Shown: positions 26,016 through 36,752, counted from the stretch's first letter. The stretch: DNA of 64,000 nt from a virus (IMGVR_UViG_3300028534_000001:4338-68337); one strand, 5' to 3'. Translations and numbers: made by a program. Notes: generated by a model from the letters alone, not told the origin.

Positions 26016-27017
26016 TTATCCTTTAAAATTTTTTATTTCTTGAACTATATCTTTATATTTATCAGGGATTTTTTCTAATAATTCTTGTGGAGTTTCTATA
26101 TCTTTTTTAATTTTTTCTTCATTTTCTATACCAGTTATTTCTATAATTTTTGCTTCATTTATAAATTCAAAATCTATAATTTGTTTTAATTTATAAATTA
26201 TTTCTTCATAACCTGGTGTTTCAACAATAACTTTAAATTTATGATTTTTATAATTTTCTATATCATTTATATCTACAAAAATATCTTCTTCAAAACCTTT
26301 TAATAAAAGTTTTTTATATTTATTATTATAAATTATTTTTAAATGAATAGGTGTAATTTTATTCTTTATAAAATTTAATTTATATGAATTAGTATCTAAT
26401 ACATAAAATCCTTTTATTTCTCCAAAATCATTCCAAGTTAATTGATAAGGTGTTCCTACATATAAAACATTATCTTTTTTACTAAAATTATGATAATGTC
26501 CTGAAATTACTATTTTTGCTTTATTAAAATGACTATAATTATATTTACCTGATATCATTTTATCTATATTTTGAAATTCAAAATGACCTAAGACAATATC
26601 ATTATATTCTTCAGGTAATTCATTATCTGAAATTATCCAAGGAATTAAAGTCATATTATCAAAATTTGTTATTTTATCAATTATTTTAAAATCAGGGTAT
26701 ATAAATGTAATATATTTTACTAAATTTACATCTAATCTATTTTTATAATAAATATCGTGATTACCTAAAATAGATATAAATTTAATATTATTATCTTTTA
26801 ATAATTTTATAAATTTATTAACAAATAAATCAAAAAAATTTATATCAATAATAATTCTATTATCAAACAAATCACCCATATGAATAATAGTATCTAAATT
26901 ATTTTCTTTCATATATGGAATAATTTGATTTTTATAAAAATTATATTGTAATTCAAAAAATTTAAGTGAAAATTTTTTAATACCCCAATGATTGTCTCCT
27001 ATAATTACATATTTCAT
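26016..27017 (-). CDS. gp47: recombination nuclease gp47 (SbcD/Mre11-like)
   Basis: GD.H.G, GDLFD, GNHD, GHFE, SGHYH, YVGTPYQ. Confidence 0.93.
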   Translation of the reverse strand: MKYVIIGDNHWGIKKFSLKFFELQYNFYKNQIIPYMKENNLDTIIHMGDLFDNRIIIDINFFDLFVNKFIKLLKDNNIKFISILGNHDIYYKNRLDVNLVKYITFIYPDFKIIDKITNFDNMTLIPWIISDNELPEEYNDIVLGHFEFQNIDKMISGKYNYSHFNKAKIVISGHYHNFSKKDNVLYVGTPYQLTWNDFGEIKGFYVLDTNSYKLNFIKNKITPIHLKIIYNNKYKKLLLKGFEEDIFVDINDIENYKNHKFKVIVETPGYEEIIYKLKQIIDFEFINEAKIIEITGIENEEKIKKDIETPQELLEKIPDKYKDIVQEIKNFKG

Positions 27018-27072
27018 TTCTTCTCCTATAAATTTATAATATTATACTATAAATTTTATAAATTAAAAACTT

Positions 27073-27978
27073 TTAATTATGAAAAACTATTTTTATATTT
27101 CTTATACCATTACAAGTTGTACAAGTAGATTTATCATCTCTAAATTTTAATGTATTTATATCTTTAGCTTCAACTTTTAATTGTTCAAAATAAGATAAAT
27201 TTTCATCAAAAATTGTATTAGCAACATCTTTAACATATTTTCTATTACCATTTATTTCAAAATATAATCCAGGTTCTTCATATGTATCCCAAAATACAAT
27301 AAATACATCCATATATTTATATTTATTTTTATTTTCAATATTATATATTAAAGTATTATTACCTACATAATCTTTTTCAACTGCTACAAATTTAGGATTT
27401 GCTTTATCATAATATTGACCTACACCATTTTTATGTCCTGAACCTGTAGCTGATATCATATCATATTTGTACGGAGCATCCCATACTTCATAATCAAAAT
27501 ATATGTAATGTTTCCAAAAAATCATAGATTCATCTGTTAATTCTTGATCACTTTCATAATTTAAAAGTAAATTATCGCTAATAGGAGTTTCTCTCCAAAA
27601 ACAATATAAAGAAGTATCACTCCATCCATTTATTTTCCATTTATCATATGATTGAATTCCTTCTTTAACAGGAATAAAACAAAATTCATTTTCTATCCAA
27701 TACTTATGAAATGTAACATTATTAGTGTTTACTTGTATTTCATCAGGAAAATTTATTATATTTTGACCATTCATTTGGATATACATTTTTTCACTATCTG
27801 GAGAACCATTCATTCCCCACCATATTAAATTTAATTGTTTATCTACATTTTTAATATTAGAAAAATCATAAGAAATTTCTAATTTATGATTAAAAAATGT
27901 CATATTTTCAACACTATTAGAATCATTATTATAATGAACACTAGCTGTAGTATGATCATTTGAAAATTTTATACCCAT
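27073..27978 (-). CDS. hypothetical beta-rich protein
   Basis: 301-aa ORF. Confidence 0.55.
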   Translation of the reverse strand: MGIKFSNDHTTASVHYNNDSNSVENMTFFNHKLEISYDFSNIKNVDKQLNLIWWGMNGSPDSEKMYIQMNGQNIINFPDEIQVNTNNVTFHKYWIENEFCFIPVKEGIQSYDKWKINGWSDTSLYCFWRETPISDNLLLNYESDQELTDESMIFWKHYIYFDYEVWDAPYKYDMISATGSGHKNGVGQYYDKANPKFVAVEKDYVGNNTLIYNIENKNKYKYMDVFIVFWDTYEEPGLYFEINGNRKYVKDVANTIFDENLSYFEQLKVEAKDINTLKFRDDKSTCTTCNGIRNIKIVFHN

Positions 27979-28271
27979 CCATTTTCCTTAGCTATTTCTT
28001 CAATATCTTCATATTTTATATAATCTGATTTTGATAATATTTTTCCTATTTTATCTATATCTAAATCTAAAGAATATATAAAATGTAAAGTTTTGTCGAA
28101 ATTATTTCCTTCAAATTTTGTAACACGAGCATATTCGTCAATCTTATGAATTAGTTTATTTGGGCTCGTATTTTCTAATGATAAAAATTCCTGAAGAGAG
28201 ATTATTTCTCTTACTTCAGGTTCTAATGAATTATAAAAATTTATATCATATTGTTTTTTAATATTTTTCAT
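27969..28271 (-). CDS. hypothetical protein
   Basis: 100-aa ORF. Confidence 0.55.
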   Translation of the reverse strand: MKNIKKQYDINFYNSLEPEVREIISLQEFLSLENTSPNKLIHKIDEYARVTKFEGNNFDKTLHFIYSLDLDIDKIGKILSKSDYIKYEDIEEIAKENGWV

Positions 28272-28288
28272 TTAATAACTTTTTAATT

Positions 28289-28861
28289 TTATTTTATAAA
28301 ACTTCCATAATCCTTCATAAGATTACTAATTTTTTTCATTCTCATATGCTCTAATTCATTTGCTTTAAATTCATATTGATCTACATCTACATCTAAAACA
28401 ATTTTAACTATTTGTTTAAAAACTTCTTTACCACCTACTTGTTTTACCATTTTTTCAATTTCTTTTACCATTTCAGGGTGATCAGCAATATATTCTGCAG
28501 CTTCTTTTCTTGAAGTTCTACCTTTTTGACCAACAGGTGTTTCGTTAATTTTATTTTCATTAACACCTTCAATTTCTTTTAATTTATCTTGTTTTAATTT
28601 TTCAATTAAATTATTTAAATTCATTTCTTCATCCTTACTTTCTTCTTTTTTATCAATTTTAATTTCTTCAGGGTTTTTCTTAGGACCTTTTCCATTTTCC
28701 CAATATTTAGCAATAGCATCAAAAAATTGAATTTTTTGCTCATCTGTTAAATCTGCTGGACTTTCAGCTCCAAATTTTTTTAATAATTCACTGAAAAATT
28801 CCCTATATTCTTTTTGTAATGGACTTAAATCATCATTTTCTTTTAAAATATCTTTTAACAT
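28289..28861 (-). CDS. MLKDILKE-leader protein (candidate prohead core/internal protein)
   Basis: Shared leader; YREFF...LKKFG..SPADL.DE.K..FF..I...W module; TAAATA at 28880-28885. Confidence 0.6.
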   Translation of the reverse strand: MLKDILKENDDLSPLQKEYREFFSELLKKFGAESPADLTDEQKIQFFDAIAKYWENGKGPKKNPEEIKIDKKEESKDEEMNLNNLIEKLKQDKLKEIEGVNENKINETPVGQKGRTSRKEAAEYIADHPEMVKEIEKMVKQVGGKEVFKQIVKIVLDVDVDQYEFKANELEHMRMKKISNLMKDYGSFIK

Positions 28862-28882
28862 AATTATCCTTTTTTATATTAT

Positions 28883-29479
28883 TTAAATTGTTTTGATATT
28901 TTCTTCAGCTTTTAAAGCTTTTTCTCTCTTTTTAGAAGCTATCATATCTAAAATTTCATCTAAATCTTCTAATTCATCAGTTTCTTGAGTTTCTATACCA
29001 TCTTCTTCTAAACCTTCTTTAGATAATAAAGTTTTTAATGTCATTTCAATATTTTCTATATCAACTCTTTCTTGTATTTGTAAAAGCATAGCTTCTGTTC
29101 TTTCAAATAAAATTCTTGTTTGACTATATAATTGCATAGCTTCTGCTGTATTCATAGAATTGATAGTTCTTTCATCAAATAATTTATCTTCAAGTCTTGA
29201 AAGATATTTTTCAATTATTTGTAATTTAGCTGACAATTTTCTAGCTAATTGAACTAATTGTAATGAAATACCTAAACCTGACATTTTAACTCTATTTATA
29301 AATTCTCTATCAGGTAACTTACCATCAAAAACTAATTTATTTATTATTTCATCATCTTCTTCAGTTAATAAATCTAAAGATTTAAAAATATTTTGTTCAC
29401 TTATTTCATCACTATAATCTTTTAATCCATTCATAAAATCTTCATTTTCAATAACTGCTTCTATAATTTCATTACTCAT
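28883..29479 (-). CDS. hypothetical acidic helical protein
   Basis: 198-aa ORF. Confidence 0.55.
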   Translation of the reverse strand: MSNEIIEAVIENEDFMNGLKDYSDEISEQNIFKSLDLLTEEDDEIINKLVFDGKLPDREFINRVKMSGLGISLQLVQLARKLSAKLQIIEKYLSRLEDKLFDERTINSMNTAEAMQLYSQTRILFERTEAMLLQIQERVDIENIEMTLKTLLSKEGLEEDGIETQETDELEDLDEILDMIASKKREKALKAEENIKTI

Positions 29480-30261
29480 TTTAGCCTCTTTGCATATTTT
29501 TCGATATTAAAATCAGGATTTATTTTTTCGATAATATCTCTTGGTATAAAACCACCATATTTATTTTTAAATTCTGATAATTTATTTATAATATTTTTTA
29601 TTTCATTATAAGACTCATCATTTTCTATATAATACCATTTTAAAATTTTAAAATTATGTAATAATAATTCATCATTAGTATATTCACCTTGATATTCTTT
29701 TTGAATCAATTCTTTTATATCATTTAATAATTTTTTATTTATAATTTTTTTAGATAAATCAAAATAATTTTTAATAAAATTAGCTTTTTCTTTATTACTT
29801 AAATTAGCTATTTTAGAATTTAAATTCATAAAACTAGCATCATATTTATCTAAAATTTCTTTCCAAATTTTTACAGAAAAATTATTTCTTATATATAAAC
29901 TAACATTATTAACTAAATCATTTCTTAACCATTTTAAACCATTTCTATCTCTTAAAGATTCTAAATCATTTGGTGAATGAAAAGATGTATATCCTTCTAG
30001 TTCAACAAGAATGTTAGCTTCTCCATAAACGCCATTAGCTAACCCTTTAGAACCTATAGTAAAAGCAGAAATATCTTTTCTTTTATTTTGTAATTTATAT
30101 AAATTAGGTAAATCTTCTATTGAACATATATGATAACATTTATTTATTTTTGTTTCAAAATTTTTTAAAATTGATGGAGTTAAGGGCATATATCCTTTAG
30201 CAGCATATTCCCACTCTTTACCTATTAAAGGTTGAGCTTCTTGTAGAATTTCTTTTAACAA
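29476..30261 (-). CDS. MLKEILQE-leader protein, paralog of 38285-39034
   Basis: Shared PL, YHI, IS.FT, LEG, DL...D.NG..WL, N(D)E motifs; TAAATA at 30281-30286. Confidence 0.65.
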   Translation of the reverse strand: MLKEILQEAQPLIGKEWEYAAKGYMPLTPSILKNFETKINKCYHICSIEDLPNLYKLQNKRKDISAFTIGSKGLANGVYGEANILVELEGYTSFHSPNDLESLRDRNGLKWLRNDLVNNVSLYIRNNFSVKIWKEILDKYDASFMNLNSKIANLSNKEKANFIKNYFDLSKKIINKKLLNDIKELIQKEYQGEYTNDELLLHNFKILKWYYIENDESYNEIKNIINKLSEFKNKYGGFIPRDIIEKINPDFNIEKYAKRLK

Positions 30262-30336
30262 TTTAAAACCTTTTTAATTTTATTTAAAAAGTAATTATTA
30301 AAAAATTATGTAGAAATAGAAGAAAATAAGGTATAA

Positions 30337-31728
30337 TTACCCTATTTTATTTTGTAAATTTTTTAAATCATTTAGCCATATATCTTTAGGAGAAGTTCTA
30401 TTTAATATATCATATTCTTCAAATAATAATTTAATTTTTTGATCTAATTTATCTCTTTCATTTTTATTTAGTTTTTTTATTGGAATTCTAAATAAATAAT
30501 CGTAAGAATTTTCAATTTTTTCTAAATTATATTCTTCTAAAACTTTAATAATATCTTCTTCTTTATTTCTAATATCAACTTTATTATTAACAATTAAATT
30601 TATGAAATCTACTATTCTTTGGTTAGATCTTATTTCCTCATTTATTTTTTTAAGTTGATTTTGTTTTCTTTTTTCAATATATTTTAATTTAAATTCTATA
30701 TAATATTTTAAAATATCTTCTATATTATCAAATGTTTCTATTTTATTAAATTCATTATTAAAAGTTAAATTTTCTGTTACTTTTTTAATTAGTTTTAATT
30801 TATCTAAAATTTTATAATCATCATAATTTTTCCAATTTGAATTTATAATAATTTCAAATCTAAATTTATCACCTTTACTACTTAGATCTTTATATGATTT
30901 AATAATTTTTTTCTCTTCTAAAGAATCTAATATTTTTTGATAAGCTTTTAATGATATACCTATAGGAATTTCAGTAATTAGTAATTTAGTATTACTTAAC
31001 CATTCAAATTTTCCTAATATTTCATATTTATTATTACCTTTATCTAAAATTGAACCTTCAAAATTTTTATAATAAGGTAATAATTTGTTAATTTTATTTT
31101 CTTTTAAATATAATTTAATATTTTCTATAATATCATTTATATTTCTAGGTAAAATTTTTTGAGCAAACCCATTAGAAATACCTTCACTACCATTTACTAA
31201 AAGAATAGGTATTGTAGGTACATAATATTTAAATTCAATATCTCTTCCTTCAAATTTATGATTTTCTAAAATTTCATCATCTTCTTTTAAAAAAATGTCT
31301 CTTAAATAATTTTGCATATGAGTATAAATATATCTACTAGCTGAAGCTGCTGGTATAAATCTTTTTCCAAAATTTCCTTCTGGATATAATAAAGGTAAAT
31401 TATTAGTTCCAGCATAATCTTGTGCTAATCCTACAATTACTCCTTCTAAACTTTTCTCACCATGTAGGTATTCAGTTTGTTCAGAAGTTTTACTAGCTAA
31501 TTGAGATACTTTTACTTCATCTTTAATATTATTAGTTAAAATAGTATATATAACTTTTCTAGAAGATAATTTTAAACCATCTATAATATTTCCAATTTTT
31601 CTAGCATTATCATAAGAAGCATATGATGTATATTCATTTTTAAAAAATTCATCTAAAGATTTTGTTCTAAAATTATTTTGTTCTTCATTTGATAAATCTT
31701 CTTTACTTAACATATCAAAAATATTCAT
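30337..31728 (-). CDS. gp52: type IIA topoisomerase DNA-cleavage subunit gp52 (GyrA/ParC-like)
   Basis: DGLK...RK, YLHGE.SL, GNFG, ASRY (catalytic Tyr), LVNG.EGI. Confidence 0.93.
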   Translation of the reverse strand: MNIFDMLSKEDLSNEEQNNFRTKSLDEFFKNEYTSYASYDNARKIGNIIDGLKLSSRKVIYTILTNNIKDEVKVSQLASKTSEQTEYLHGEKSLEGVIVGLAQDYAGTNNLPLLYPEGNFGKRFIPAASASRYIYTHMQNYLRDIFLKEDDEILENHKFEGRDIEFKYYVPTIPILLVNGSEGISNGFAQKILPRNINDIIENIKLYLKENKINKLLPYYKNFEGSILDKGNNKYEILGKFEWLSNTKLLITEIPIGISLKAYQKILDSLEEKKIIKSYKDLSSKGDKFRFEIIINSNWKNYDDYKILDKLKLIKKVTENLTFNNEFNKIETFDNIEDILKYYIEFKLKYIEKRKQNQLKKINEEIRSNQRIVDFINLIVNNKVDIRNKEEDIIKVLEEYNLEKIENSYDYLFRIPIKKLNKNERDKLDQKIKLLFEEYDILNRTSPKDIWLNDLKNLQNKIG

Positions 31729-32297
31729 TATTTCTCCTTGTCTTTAATAATTTCTAAAATTTTTTTAGGAGCATTTTCATCTGCATCAATTTCTATATAA
31801 GGTATTTTAAAATAATTTAAAAAATTTTTAATTCTTGTATCAATTTTTTTAGCTTCTTTTTCTGATTGTAACCTACCTTTAGGGTTATATTCTTTTACTC
31901 TATTTAAAAATATATTTATATTTTGCATTTTTAATCCACTCATATCATTTGTTTTAAATTCTTGAACTAAAAAATCATTAAATCTTTCTAATTGAGACCA
32001 ATTTTCATTTCCATAAAAAATACCTAAAACAAATGGACTATCTGTAATAACATATGCATTTTTAATATTATTGTTTTTATAATATTGTAAAACTCTAAAA
32101 ATTTTATGATGCTGATTAGCACTTACAAAAAATTGATTTTCTAATAATTTTGTATTTTGTTCCCATACTACATCTTTTGCAAATTCAGAAACATATTCAC
32201 ATTCCATTTTGTCTAATTTCATTAAATGAAATAATCCAGTAGCAGTAGTTGATTTTCCTGTCCCTGGACCTCCAAATAAATTTATAACTTTTAACAT
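31728..32297 (-). CDS. P-loop kinase, NadR/Ttd14 AAA-like
   Basis: INLFGGPGTGKST, EFAK, ITDSP, GRLQ. Confidence 0.75.
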   Translation of the reverse strand: MLKVINLFGGPGTGKSTTATGLFHLMKLDKMECEYVSEFAKDVVWEQNTKLLENQFFVSANQHHKIFRVLQYYKNNNIKNAYVITDSPFVLGIFYGNENWSQLERFNDFLVQEFKTNDMSGLKMQNINIFLNRVKEYNPKGRLQSEKEAKKIDTRIKNFLNYFKIPYIEIDADENAPKKILEIIKDKEK

Positions 32298-32890
32298 TAA
32301 AATCCTTTGTATGGTATTATATTATTACCTTCTACTTTAAAAGTAAAAAATTTTTTATTTTTAAATTCATTTTGTAATTCATAAAATTTATTCAAATTTT
32401 CTTCATTATCATCATATAATACAATTTCATCAAAATCATTTATTCTTTTTTCTAAAATTTTATTAACAATATATTTTTTTCTTTCTGCAGTAGAATCAAT
32501 ATTTATATAATTACCTGTTCTAATAATATGAATATCTTTATTTTTATAATGACCTATATTTAATCCAAATTTTTTTAAATATTCTATCAATTTATCTTTA
32601 TTATCAAAATCTTGTCTTGCTGTTAATAAAGCAACTTCAGCTCCTTTTTTAAATAATTCATTTACAATATAAATCATAATTTTATTTGGTGAAGAACCTT
32701 CTACAAAAATATCACTTGATCTAAATTCTTCAAAAGAAAATTCTTCATTATTTTTTAATTTATAAGTATTAAATTCTTTATTAGATAATTTTTTTAAAAT
32801 TTTTTTTGTATTTTTATCTCTTACATATATAAGAGCTTTTGTAAAAAATAATGTTTCATCAATATCTACAAATATAAGTCTTTTATTCAT
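32297..32890 (-). CDS. HAD-superfamily hydrolase
   Basis: FVDIDETL, LTAR, K, YDD; promoter at 32914-32942. Confidence 0.75.
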   Translation of the reverse strand: MNKRLIFVDIDETLFFTKALIYVRDKNTKKILKKLSNKEFNTYKLKNNEEFSFEEFRSSDIFVEGSSPNKIMIYIVNELFKKGAEVALLTARQDFDNKDKLIEYLKKFGLNIGHYKNKDIHIIRTGNYINIDSTAERKKYIVNKILEKRINDFDEIVLYDDNEENLNKFYELQNEFKNKKFFTFKVEGNNIIPYKGF

Positions 32891-32943
32891 TTGTTCTCCT
32901 TAACTCTTATACAATTATACTAAAAATTATAATAAAAGTCAAC

Positions 32944-33510
32944 TTATTCACTTAATTCAATGAAAATATCTTTTAAATCTTCTATATTCATTTGTGATAA
33001 AGTTTTTCCTACAATATCTTTACAAAAATTTTTAAAATCTTTTTCATTTTCAAAATAATTTTCTTTCATTTCTTTTATCATATCTTTTAAATAATTTTTA
33101 TTCATTCTTTCTAAAGGGTATAATGTATAATAATTTGTCCCATCATGATGGTGATTTTCAATTTTTATTACACCATTTTTATAAATATATCCTACAAATC
33201 TATTTGTATCTTTTAAATTTTTTAAAACTTCATCAAAACATCCAAATATATGATAAGAAACATTAGTAGAACCATTCCATTTATTTATAATTCCTTCTAA
33301 GACATAATCACTTTGTGAAAATAATGCTTCAACAGCTTCACTAAATAATTCAAATTCATAAGATTTAATATTATTTATTATTTCATAATCTTCAATAATT
33401 TTATCATTTTCATCATAAATATCATCCCATTCATCATAAGACCATAAAACTTCTGAATTCGAATAAATATCACCTAATATTTTCTCTTCGAATAATTTCA
33501 TATTTTTCAT
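32944..33510 (-). CDS. hypothetical early protein (HHDGTN motif)
   Basis: 188-aa ORF; promoter at 33535-33563. Confidence 0.6.
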   Translation of the reverse strand: MKNMKLFEEKILGDIYSNSEVLWSYDEWDDIYDENDKIIEDYEIINNIKSYEFELFSEAVEALFSQSDYVLEGIINKWNGSTNVSYHIFGCFDEVLKNLKDTNRFVGYIYKNGVIKIENHHHDGTNYYTLYPLERMNKNYLKDMIKEMKENYFENEKDFKNFCKDIVGKTLSQMNIEDLKDIFIELSE

Positions 33511-33578
33511 GTTTTCTCCTTGATTTTTTATATTATTATACCATATTTTTAATAAAAAGTCAAGGAGATTTAAAAAAA

Positions 33579-33800
33579 TTACACTGTTATAAGTTCTACT
33601 TTTAAGTCACCACTTGTGTAATCTTTATCATAATTCACTTTAGCTATTCTACCTAATTCATAATCACTTAAAACGTAAACACCACCAGAAGAATGTAAAT
33701 CAACACCATATTTAGTACACAATTTTACTAATTTTTCCATAAATTCATTAAATCTTTTTTCTCTAGTATCTTTATCTTTTTCAATAATTTCTTTTAACAT
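33579..33800 (-). CDS. MLKEIIE-leader small protein
   Basis: 73-aa ORF with shared leader. Confidence 0.6.
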   Translation of the reverse strand: MLKEIIEKDKDTREKRFNEFMEKLVKLCTKYGVDLHSSGGVYVLSDYELGRIAKVNYDKDYTSGDLKVELITV

Positions 33801-33810
33801 TTACAATCCT

Positions 33811-34902
33811 TTAAATTATATTTATATTTAATTCATATTCTTTAATATATTTTTTTCTTGTATCAGATTTAGAAGAACTTAACCAATCATCTAACAATTT
33901 TTTATCTATATTTGTAAATTGAACAATCATTCTTTCTAAACCATCTTGTTCAATAACATATTCTAAATCTTTTTCATTCCAAGAACCAAATCCTTTATAA
34001 TATTTAGCTTTTTCTGATTTTTCTAAAATTAAAGATTTTTCATCTTTTAAATCATACAACCATTTTACTAATTTTTTACCTTTTTTAATACCTATAATAG
34101 GAGTTTCAAACCTATATAATTTATTTAAATATTCAGGTAAAAATTTTACAAAAAATCCTACTAATAAACCAGTAATATGATGTCCATCAGAATCTGCATC
34201 TGCTGCAATAACAATTTTTTCATAATTTTCATTTTTAATAATTTTATATAATTCTGATAATTCTTTATTTGTATTAAGTTTAGCTACTGAAATTTCCCAA
34301 GCATTTAAAGGAACACCTTTTAATTCATAATAACCAACTTCGTCCCTACCTAAAGATGGTTGAAGACCTCCTAATGCTGATTCTCCTTCTGCAATAAATA
34401 AATATTTTTTATTTTTAATTGCAGGGTAATATTTTTCACTTTTAATTTTTTTAGTTGTTTTTGATAATTTTTTTAATTCTGCATTTTCTTTTGCTTGTTC
34501 TTTAAGAGTAAAATATTCTGTAATATTTAATATTAAATCTTCATCTTTTAATAAATCTTTTACAATTTTATCCCATTTAACATTTTTGAATAATTCATCC
34601 CAAGTTGATTTAGGATTAGATATTTCAATTTTTTCTTGACTTGTAAACTCTAATGCAGGGACAAATCTAGCAAAAACCATAATTTTTATTTTATTTTTAA
34701 TATCTGCTGGTTTTATAGTTTTAAATTTTTTAGATAATTTTTCTCTAATAGGTGGAATGATTTTATCTAAAATATAATTTATATGTGTCCCACCATTTCT
34801 TGGATTTAAACCATTTATAACTGATAATTGAGAAAAATCATCTGTATCATTTGCTTTTATAATAATTTCATAATTATCTTTTTTAATATTTCCATATTTC
34901 AA
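33811..34902 (-). CDS. type IIA topoisomerase transducer + TOPRIM subunit
   Basis: INGL...GGTH, F.SQ.K, AEGESA, LKG.PLN, DADSDGHHI, YYKG.GS. Confidence 0.9.
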   Translation of the reverse strand: MKYGNIKKDNYEIIIKANDTDDFSQLSVINGLNPRNGGTHINYILDKIIPPIREKLSKKFKTIKPADIKNKIKIMVFARFVPALEFTSQEKIEISNPKSTWDELFKNVKWDKIVKDLLKDEDLILNITEYFTLKEQAKENAELKKLSKTTKKIKSEKYYPAIKNKKYLFIAEGESALGGLQPSLGRDEVGYYELKGVPLNAWEISVAKLNTNKELSELYKIIKNENYEKIVIAADADSDGHHITGLLVGFFVKFLPEYLNKLYRFETPIIGIKKGKKLVKWLYDLKDEKSLILEKSEKAKYYKGFGSWNEKDLEYVIEQDGLERMIVQFTNIDKKLLDDWLSSSKSDTRKKYIKEYELNINII

Positions 34903-34912
34903 TTGTTTCTCC

Positions 34913-35122
34913 TTATAATGGTTTTGATAATTTATAATTATCTATTTGTGAAAAAATAGGACTAATATCTTTTATAAGTTTAAATGATATTTTACCAAAA
35001 CATTCATAACATAAATGTTTGTCTTGAAATTCAACATAATTTTTTTCATCATTCATATAAAATGGATTTTTTTCTTTTAAAATATTTTTACAAACATCAC
35101 ATTTTTTGACTTCAACTATCAT
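34913..35122 (-). CDS. small zinc-binding protein
   Basis: CDVC...HLCYEC. Confidence 0.6.
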   Translation of the reverse strand: MIVEVKKCDVCKNILKEKNPFYMNDEKNYVEFQDKHLCYECFGKISFKLIKDISPIFSQIDNYKLSKPL

Positions 35123-35124
35123 AT

Positions 35125-35628
35125 TTACTCCTTTTTTGAAATAATTTGTTTATCAACTTCATCTATAGCCATTCTAAAAGGTTTATTCTTATCAAAATAA
35201 GATATTCCATATTCTATATTTTTAACATTAGATAAATCTAATTTATCATAAGGTTGATATACTATTATAAATTCATCTCCACCAGTTCTATAAATTTTAC
35301 CAGAAACATTTTGATTTTTCATTTCATTTTTGATATTATTATATATTTTTTTAATATATTTATCACCTTCTTGGTATCCATTTATTCTATTATATTCGTG
35401 AAGACCATTTATATCAATCATAATAACATTATAATACCAATTTTTAGATATTTTATTTTTATATTCTGTATTCAACATTTCATCTAAATGGTGTCTATTC
35501 CAAGCACCAGTTAAAAAATCTTTATTTAATTCATCTATTTTTTTATTTAAATTTTTTATTTCATATTCTAATGCTAAAACATAAGGACATTTATTAGGGC
35601 ATGCTAAAACCCTATTTTCTTTTTCCAT
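35125..35628 (-). CDS. GGDEF diguanylate cyclase with N-terminal coiled coil
   Basis: DFLTGAWNR, MIDINGL..YN...G...GD, YRTGGDEF; TAAATA at 35646-35651. Confidence 0.88.
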   Translation of the reverse strand: MEKENRVLACPNKCPYVLALEYEIKNLNKKIDELNKDFLTGAWNRHHLDEMLNTEYKNKISKNWYYNVIMIDINGLHEYNRINGYQEGDKYIKKIYNNIKNEMKNQNVSGKIYRTGGDEFIIVYQPYDKLDLSNVKNIEYGISYFDKNKPFRMAIDEVDKQIISKKE

Positions 35629-35688
35629 TGATAGCCTTTTGATTTTATTTAAAAGTCGAATTTTATAAAAAAAATTATAATTTATATA

Positions 35689-36000
35689 TTATAATTCATA
35701 TTCAATTTTTTGAAAATCAAATTCACCTGAAAAATCAGCATTTTTAATTGCATTTAATAAATCTTCAAGAGTTCCATTTTTATTTATGTCAGTATTATAA
35801 ATAATATCATCTAAACATTCATTATTACATTTACCATAATTTATAACGCTCAAAGTACCATCTTCATTATATTTTAATTTTACATAATTATTTACATCTA
35901 TAATAATTAAATTTTTAAAATTTTTTAATTTATTTTTTAATAATTTATTATCAATTTTAGTAATACTTTCTTTAATATCTTTTAAAATTTCTTTTAACAA
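35689..36000 (-). CDS. MLKEIL-leader small protein
   Basis: 103-aa ORF with shared leader; TAAATA at 36020-36025. Confidence 0.6.
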   Translation of the reverse strand: MLKEILKDIKESITKIDNKLLKNKLKNFKNLIIIDVNNYVKLKYNEDGTLSVINYGKCNNECLDDIIYNTDINKNGTLEDLLNAIKNADFSGEFDFQKIEYEL

Positions 36001-36026
36001 TATTTATCCTTTTTATATTTATTTAA

Positions 36027-36752
36027 TTAAAAATCAATTTCTTTATTATCTATTTGTTCACTATTTAAAATAAATTTAATTTCAGGATAAGTATATGCTA
36101 ACATTTTAATTCTAGTTTCAATAATTATTTTTTCATTTTTAGTAAATTTATCTCTTTTAAATTTTTCAAAATCAGGTTCAACATAAACACTAACACCTGT
36201 TTTTGAAATTTTACTTTCTTTTTCTTTATATTTAGTAGCATTATCTTCCCATTTACAATCTATTTTTAAACCACCATTACAATTGATAGCATAAAATTTC
36301 TTAGAAAAAAAGTTTGTTAAAGCTGCTCCCATTCCATTTGTTCCAGCTGATTTTCTATTTTTATCATCAAAATTAGAACCTGCTTTTAATTCACTCCAAG
36401 CAACTTCACACATCCATCTTTCTTTGCCTTGTAAATCTTTTACTTTTTTATTAGGAATACCACCACCATTATCTTCTATTAAAAAATTTTCATCATTTAA
36501 TTCTATTTTAATAGTAGGTTTTCCTTTAGGTGCTTTCATATCATTATCTACAAAATAATCTACAGGATTATCTAAAATTTCTTCAAATATTTTAACTAAT
36601 CCAGGAATATATTCAATTTCTTTTAAAACAAATTTATCATTTTCAAGAATATATCTTTCTTCTTTTATAGGTTTAATACTACCTATATAAACATTTGCTC
36701 TTTTTAATGCATGTTCTCTATCAGATAATAATTGTATATTTCTTTCACTCAT
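36027..36752 (-). CDS. gp39: type IIA topoisomerase GHKL ATPase subunit (N-terminal part of gp39)
   Basis: EH.L.R...YIGS, EEILDN..D, DNGGGIP, AGSNF, GTNGMGA. Confidence 0.9.
   Translation of the reverse strand: MSERNIQLLSDREHALKRANVYIGSIKPIKEERYILENDKFVLKEIEYIPGLVKIFEEILDNPVDYFVDNDMKAPKGKPTIKIELNDENFLIEDNGGGIPNKKVKDLQGKERWMCEVAWSELKAGSNFDDKNRKSAGTNGMGAALTNFFSKKFYAINCNGGLKIDCKWEDNATKYKEKESKISKTGVSVYVEPDFEKFKRDKFTKNEKIIIETRIKMLAYTYPEIKFILNSEQIDNKEIDF

Noticed and set aside
28883-29479. Possible terminase small subunit
   Set aside because: Only general size and helical character fit; no diagnostic motif and no large subunit nearby.
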